In this document: positions 59,010 through 64,000 of the stretch, piece by piece | Numbering within the stretch: the stretch's first letter is position 1 | How the letters are laid out: every line of letters begins with the position of its first letter | NCBI GenBank assembly: GCA_963719495.1 | Contig: CAVRCI010000009.1 | Span: forward strand, 64,001-128,000 | DNA length: 64,000 bases | Direction: 5' to 3' | From: an uncultured Verrucomicrobiae bacterium | GTDB taxonomy: Bacteria > Verrucomicrobiota > Verrucomicrobiia > Chthoniobacterales > JAATET01 | Notes under the pieces: generated by a model | The model's input: only the letters and a program-made list of their open reading frames with translations | Told to the model about the DNA's origin: nothing | Database searches by the model: none | Translations under genes and position numbers: made by a program

Positions 59010-60497
59010 TCACCGCCGCAAGATCCGGAACCGCTCCCGCTTCGATTTCAGCCCGACCCCATCGACCGCCCGCAACTTCGCGACCACCCGACCCCGGTCC
59101 TTGCGCACCCGCAGCACGACCTTGAACGAGTCGTTCCCCTTCACCTTCGACTTCACGACCTTCGCCCCCCGCACCTTCACCTCGATCCGCGCGATCCCCG
59201 ACGCGTCTGCCGCCGTCCCCCGGATCACCACCCGCTTGCGCAGGGTCTCGATCGTCTTCCGACCCCGCACTCGGATCGTCGGCCTCGTCACGTCCGCCAC
59301 GACCACGGGGTCCCGCGGCCGGGAGAATCGCAGCACCCGGTTGTTACCAGCGTCGGCAACCCAAAGATCCCCGTTCGCTTCGACGTGAAGACCACCGTCC
59401 GAGAGTCCCCCCAGCGGGCGATCACTACTCAACCGGTTGGCGGCGAGACCGAAGTCATCCGAATCGAAGTCACTTTGTCCGATCACGGCATCCGCATCGC
59501 CCCCGTTCGGCTTGCTCGCAACCGAGTTAAAGCGAAGGACGCGATTATTTTGATCATCCTTGACCCACAAGGCGCCAAGATCGTCCGTGTAAACGTCCGA
59601 GCACAGGCTCATCCCCGAGGCGGACGTGGTTTGCACTCGCACGGTGAACGAAGTCTGACCCAACAACCGGGTGGCAACCGTATTCGGCAGCGCACCACTC
59701 GCCGTTTCAAAGCCCAGGACGCGGCTATTGAAAATATCGGCAACCCAGAGCGTGCCGTTCGCATCGCGGTCCAGACCGCGCGGCCCATTCAGCGCCGTAG
59801 CTGACCTTCCAGAATCGTCCGTCATGTAATCCGGCTGACCGTAAACGGCGTCAGCCGGGGCACCGTTCGTTTTGTTCGCCGCATCGGTGAAAGCGAGAAT
59901 CCGGTTATGACTGGAATCCGAGACGAACAGATTGCCAAAATCATCGACGGTCACACCGCTCGGCGATCTCATCCCGGTCCGGGTGAGTTGGGACGAATCA
60001 TCGGTCAAATTGGCCTGACCCAAGACCAAATCAGGTAGGAAAGCGACCCCCGGCACCACAACCCGGTTCGCGGCGTTTTCAAACATCAATACGCGATTAT
60101 GAGAGGTGTCCGCGACCCAAAGCCGTCCGGCCGAGTCCAGGGCAACACTGGAGGGACTGTTCAACGATCTCTCACGACCTCCCGGCAGCGGGTTCCCGTC
60201 GAGGTCCATTCTTCCGAAGACGGCCTCGGCATCGGCGTTGTTCGCCAAGGCATCGTTCGACGCAAACCGAAGAATGCGGTCGCGTCGCCGGTCCACCACA
60301 AAGACCTTGCCGGTCGCGGGATCGACCACGACATCGCGCGGTTCTTCCAAGGAGCTCGCACTCGTTGATCGCAGGGTGTTGGTCGTAAAATCCGGTTGAC
60401 CCAACACCAAATCTGCGTTCGCAAAGGTGGGGATCTGCGCCGAAACCGGCACGGCGACAAAACAGGCGCAGCAAAGTAGAGCCTTCAAGGATTGCAT
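59010..60497 (-). CDS. Secreted NHL-repeat protein with cationic C-terminal Ig-like module
   Basis: MQSLKALLCCACFVAVPVSA signal; NHL repeats; tail ending RILRR. Confidence 0.9.
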   Translation of the reverse strand: MQSLKALLCCACFVAVPVSAQIPTFANADLVLGQPDFTTNTLRSTSASSLEEPRDVVVDPATGKVFVVDRRRDRILRFASNDALANNADAEAVFGRMDLDGNPLPGGRERSLNSPSSVALDSAGRLWVADTSHNRVLMFENAANRVVVPGVAFLPDLVLGQANLTDDSSQLTRTGMRSPSGVTVDDFGNLFVSDSSHNRILAFTDAANKTNGAPADAVYGQPDYMTDDSGRSATALNGPRGLDRDANGTLWVADIFNSRVLGFETASGALPNTVATRLLGQTSFTVRVQTTSASGMSLCSDVYTDDLGALWVKDDQNNRVLRFNSVASKPNGGDADAVIGQSDFDSDDFGLAANRLSSDRPLGGLSDGGLHVEANGDLWVADAGNNRVLRFSRPRDPVVVADVTRPTIRVRGRKTIETLRKRVVIRGTAADASGIARIEVKVRGAKVVKSKVKGNDSFKVVLRVRKDRGRVVAKLRAVDGVGLKSKRERFRILRR

Positions 60498-60654
60498 CGT
60501 TAAGGGGTAGCACATCTGGGCAAAAGCGCTTCCGCAATTTTTCGCCCGGACTTCCGGCCGCTCGATCCGCCGGCCGATCGATCCGAAGCCGAAACGGGAT
60601 CGGACCGGTTCAAAGGCCGGGGAGGGCTTCCGCTCACGCCGAAGGTGACTTCAC

Positions 60655-62973
60655 CTACCGCCGCAGGATGCGGAACCTCACCCGCTTCGACTTCAGCCCC
60701 GCCCCGTCGACCGCCCGCAATTTCACAATCACCCGCCCGCGATCCTTCCGGACCCGCAGCACAACTTTGACTGTCCCGTTCCCGCGCACCTTCGCTTTCG
60801 CGACCTTCGCACCCGGAGCCCGCACCTCGATCCGAGCGATCCCCGACGCGTCCGACGCCGTCCCCCGGATCACCACCCGCTTGCGCAACGTCTCGATCGT
60901 CTTCCGACCCCGCACCCGCAACGTGGGTCGCTTCGTGTCGGTCACCCCCGGCGCGACGATTTCCGGCGTGATCGTGAACGCGTAGGCCGCGCCCGAACTC
61001 GCAGCCAAGGCATTGTCCAAGGCGGGGTCATTTACCGGGACAAACGCCGTGCTGTCCTCGAGTCTCGCCCCCACCAGCGCCAACTCCACCGAGATCCCCA
61101 CCGCGCCACCGAAGCGGTCATCCGTCCCGGTGTTCGACGCTTTCAGATAGCTCTGCTGACCCCACACCCCGCCGACCCGACGGAAGACGTAAGCCGCCCC
61201 CGAATTTCCCGCGCCCAGATTCACCTCGCTCCCGTTCACCCCGGTCGAATCGCTGTCCTCGAACTCCGCACCCACGATGAGCGCATCCCCGGAGATCGCC
61301 ACCGACGTCCCGAATTCATTGCCGACCCCGTTGGTCGACGATTTCAGGTAGGCTTGCTGCGGCCACAACGCCCCGCTCCGCGCAAAGACGTAGGCCGCGC
61401 CCGCGTTGTTCGCACCGTCGCCCTCTCCACCATTCACCCCCGTCGCCGGACTGTCCTCGTTCGGAGCGCCGACGATGATTGTGTCGCCCGAGATCGCCAC
61501 AGCGATCCCGAATTCATCGTCCGCCCCCGGCGTCGACGCCTTCAATTGAGCCTCTGGCGTCCATACCCCCAGCGTCCGCACGTAGACGTAGGCCGCTCCT
61601 TCGTCGTCCTCAACGCCATCCTGGTTTCGGGCACCGACCACCGCCCGGTCACCCGACAACCCCACCGAGCCGCCGAAGCGATCCTCATCCCCCGAGTCCG
61701 TCGCCTTCAGGTAGGCCTCCTGATTCCAAATTCCCCCGCTCCGAACGAAAACGTAGGCCGCCCCAACGTTCGTCCCCGTGTCGCCCTCTGCACCGCCCAC
61801 GCCATTGGACGTGCTGTCCTCGAAATCCGCCCCGACCACGAGCGTGTCACCCGAGATCGCGACCGAAATCCCAAACCGATCCCCGCCCCCCGCGTTGCTC
61901 GCTTTGAGAAAACCATCCGGAAACCACAGCGTCCCCGTCCGTCGGAAAACGTAAGCCGCCCCCGAGTTGGCCGCCATGTCGTCCTCCGAGTCCGCTCCGA
62001 CCACCACGCGATTTCCGTCGATCGCCACGGCCCCGCCAAACCCATCCCCGTCGCCGGTGTTCGACGCCTTGAGATACGCCTGAAACTGCCACCCGCCAGC
62101 CGTCCGCACGAAAATGTAGGCCGCCCCCGAGTTCGACGACGAATCGTTCGTCGCGACACCGTTCACGTTCACGGCGTTGCTGTCCTCCTGCGGCGCCCCC
62201 ACCACCGCCGTATTCCCCGAAATGGCCACCGCCGCGCCGAAGAGATCGTTCGCGTCCACCGACGACGCCTTGAAGAGCACCTCCTGCGCCACCGGGTCGA
62301 TCGTCACCGGATACCGCGCCCCCCGCTCGTCCACCTCGATCCGCACCCCGCCATCGCCCGCCGCGACGAACTCGACCGGCAGCCGCCGCCCGTCCGCGTC
62401 CCACGCCAACAATCCGCCGTAGGTCAGCACCACCGCCTCGTCCGCGTTCACGAAGGAGACCGCGCCCGCCTCGACCCGCGGCTTGAGATCGCCTCGCACC
62501 GCCAATTCCAGCCCCAGTCGCGGCCCCGCCGAGTCCCCAGCCGGACGCTCCGTCAACGTCCATCCCTGCTGCAATCCTCCCGCCGAGTTCACGAACCATT
62601 CGTAGATCCCTTCCGCCCGCTTCACCGCCAGCCGGTTCTCATCGGCCCGCATCCAGGCGGCTCCCGACACCGCAGCGGCCTCGTCCCCGAAACCCACCGC
62701 GCTCAACTCCAATCCCCAAGTCCACTCCCCGGTCCGCGCGACGAATCCGCCGTCTTCGAATTCCGCGAGCCAACCCACCCCCGGACGTTCCGCCGCGAAG
62801 CGACCCTCCGACGTTTCGACGAAGGCATGCCGCTTCGCGTCGTAAGCCGCCCGGAGGCCGCTCCAATCCGCGGCACTCACCGCGGACGGTCGATCCGTCG
62901 GAGCCGCGAGCGCCGCGGCACCGGTCAGCGTGAAAATGGAAAGGACTCGGACGAGGAAGGTCGTTGTTTTCAT
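60655..62973 (-). CDS. Secreted FG-GAP (integrin-alpha-like) repeat protein with cationic C-terminal Ig-like module
   Basis: Signal peptide; seven FG.aVAISG...VGA..ED...GAAYVF repeats; tail ending RILRR. Confidence 0.92.
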   Translation of the reverse strand: MKTTTFLVRVLSIFTLTGAAALAAPTDRPSAVSAADWSGLRAAYDAKRHAFVETSEGRFAAERPGVGWLAEFEDGGFVARTGEWTWGLELSAVGFGDEAAAVSGAAWMRADENRLAVKRAEGIYEWFVNSAGGLQQGWTLTERPAGDSAGPRLGLELAVRGDLKPRVEAGAVSFVNADEAVVLTYGGLLAWDADGRRLPVEFVAAGDGGVRIEVDERGARYPVTIDPVAQEVLFKASSVDANDLFGAAVAISGNTAVVGAPQEDSNAVNVNGVATNDSSSNSGAAYIFVRTAGGWQFQAYLKASNTGDGDGFGGAVAIDGNRVVVGADSEDDMAANSGAAYVFRRTGTLWFPDGFLKASNAGGGDRFGISVAISGDTLVVGADFEDSTSNGVGGAEGDTGTNVGAAYVFVRSGGIWNQEAYLKATDSGDEDRFGGSVGLSGDRAVVGARNQDGVEDDEGAAYVYVRTLGVWTPEAQLKASTPGADDEFGIAVAISGDTIIVGAPNEDSPATGVNGGEGDGANNAGAAYVFARSGALWPQQAYLKSSTNGVGNEFGTSVAISGDALIVGAEFEDSDSTGVNGSEVNLGAGNSGAAYVFRRVGGVWGQQSYLKASNTGTDDRFGGAVGISVELALVGARLEDSTAFVPVNDPALDNALAASSGAAYAFTITPEIVAPGVTDTKRPTLRVRGRKTIETLRKRVVIRGTASDASGIARIEVRAPGAKVAKAKVRGNGTVKVVLRVRKDRGRVIVKLRAVDGAGLKSKRVRFRILRR

Positions 62974-63052
62974 AACGTAAGACCACCATCCCCACCGCCC
63001 GCCACCACCTCAACCAATCGAAAGGTCTAAAAGTGCGTTCGTCCTCCCGGAC

Positions 63053-64000
63053 TCACCCCAGCGCCACGAGCAACTCCGTCCGGCTGCGGACCCGATGCCG
63101 CGCGTAGAGCGCCCGCAAGTCGGCCTTCACCTTCGACACATTCACGTCAAGCAGCACCGCAATCTCCCGATCCGTCCGCCCCTGCAGAATGCGCTCCACC
63201 AGCCTCCGCTCGTCCGCCGAGAGATTCACCACCGGCAGCCCGGCGGGTGCTTCGGCCAGAAAACTCACCCGCACCAACTCACCCGCCGAACCCGGCAACC
63301 AACTCACCCGCGCCAGCCAGCCCCCCGACCCCCGCACCAGTCGCGTCTCCCCGCCAACCCGCAGCGCCTCGACCTCCCGCCGCAGAACGTCCGGCAACCT
63401 CGCGACGGCCTCCCCGCCACCCCACCACCGAGCCAGCTCCCCCTCGGCCACCCGGCTCATCACGACGACCTCACCATCAGGCCGCGCCACGACCACGGGC
63501 ACCGGCAGCTTCCGGATAGTCGTCCGCAGCCCCCGCTCCGCCTCACCCACGACCTCGGCTGCCACCACCCGCCGAAGCACCGCCTCCACCTCCGGATGCA
63601 GCGCCTCGAAAACCGCCACATCCTCCGCGGAAAAGTCGCCCTGCCGCGCTGTCCGCAGGGCCGCCACGAACGCCGTCAGATCCCGGCTTGCCGGGTCCGG
63701 CTCCCAAAATGCAAAATTGATCCCGTAGCGCCAGCCCCCCGGCCTCATCACCTCTCGATAAAACGGATGTCGCGCCAGCGCCGCGCCGCGCGGCAGAAAG
63801 TCGCTGATCTTCCCCACCGGGATCCGGGGATTCTCCTCAACGTAATCGTCCGCCGGATTTCCGATCACGATGCTCGGTGCCCGCGCCGACGTGAACCGCG
63901 CTCCGTCGGAATGGATCACGGTCGTCGCCCGATACCCGATCGCCCGGTAACCGAACGCCACCACGTGCACCCGCGTCAACTTCGGCACCAGATCGAAGAT
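63053..64000 (-). CDS. LuxR-type HTH transcriptional regulator (5' end outside the window)
   Basis: C-terminal LSADERRLVERILQGRTDREIAVLLDVNVSKVKADLRALY...RTEL; GAF/PAS-like upstream region. Confidence 0.85.
   Translation of the reverse strand: MFDLVPKLTRVHVVAFGYRAIGYRATTVIHSDGARFTSARAPSIVIGNPADDYVEENPRIPVGKISDFLPRGAALARHPFYREVMRPGGWRYGINFAFWEPDPASRDLTAFVAALRTARQGDFSAEDVAVFEALHPEVEAVLRRVVAAEVVGEAERGLRTTIRKLPVPVVVARPDGEVVVMSRVAEGELARWWGGGEAVARLPDVLRREVEALRVGGETRLVRGSGGWLARVSWLPGSAGELVRVSFLAEAPAGLPVVNLSADERRLVERILQGRTDREIAVLLDVNVSKVKADLRALYARHRVRSRTELLVALG

Overview
GC-rich bacterial chromosomal window, most likely Verrucomicrobiota (inferred from PEP-CTERM proteins, a Verrucomicrobia-style prepilin-like protein, fused SecDF and a short ATP synthase delta). 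Housekeeping blocks are suhB-ispF-cysS, the atpBEFHAGDC operon, rpsU, yajC-secDF, leuA and serS-tilS. Between cysS and atpC (~13.2-32.4 kb) lies a carbohydrate island with an AraC regulator, oxidoreductases, a sialate O-acetylesterase, an SSS transporter, two PEP-CTERM proteins, a pseudopilin, a LacI regulator, a heparinase II/III-like lyase and many decayed gene fragments. The strongest signal is a ~95-aa, very Arg/Lys-rich, Ig-like C-terminal module (DxxxPxxxxxGRKxIxxxRxRxVxRGTAxD...RAVDxxGxxS...RILRR). It ends six secreted proteins with three different passenger types (four NHL-repeat, one FG-GAP-repeat, one cyclophilin whose tail is cut off by an in-frame TAG) and is a candidate undescribed surface-anchoring or sorting signal. 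Also notable are a membrane transporter fused to a hotdog thioesterase, a 174-bp tandem array of structured repeats before serS, REP-like repeats with compensatory base changes, 7-10-bp tandem repeats translated inside unrelated proteins, and a Leu-rich leader peptide before leuA. I recognised no rRNA, tRNA, CRISPR array or transposase. All calls are by eye, with no database searches, and start codons are best guesses.
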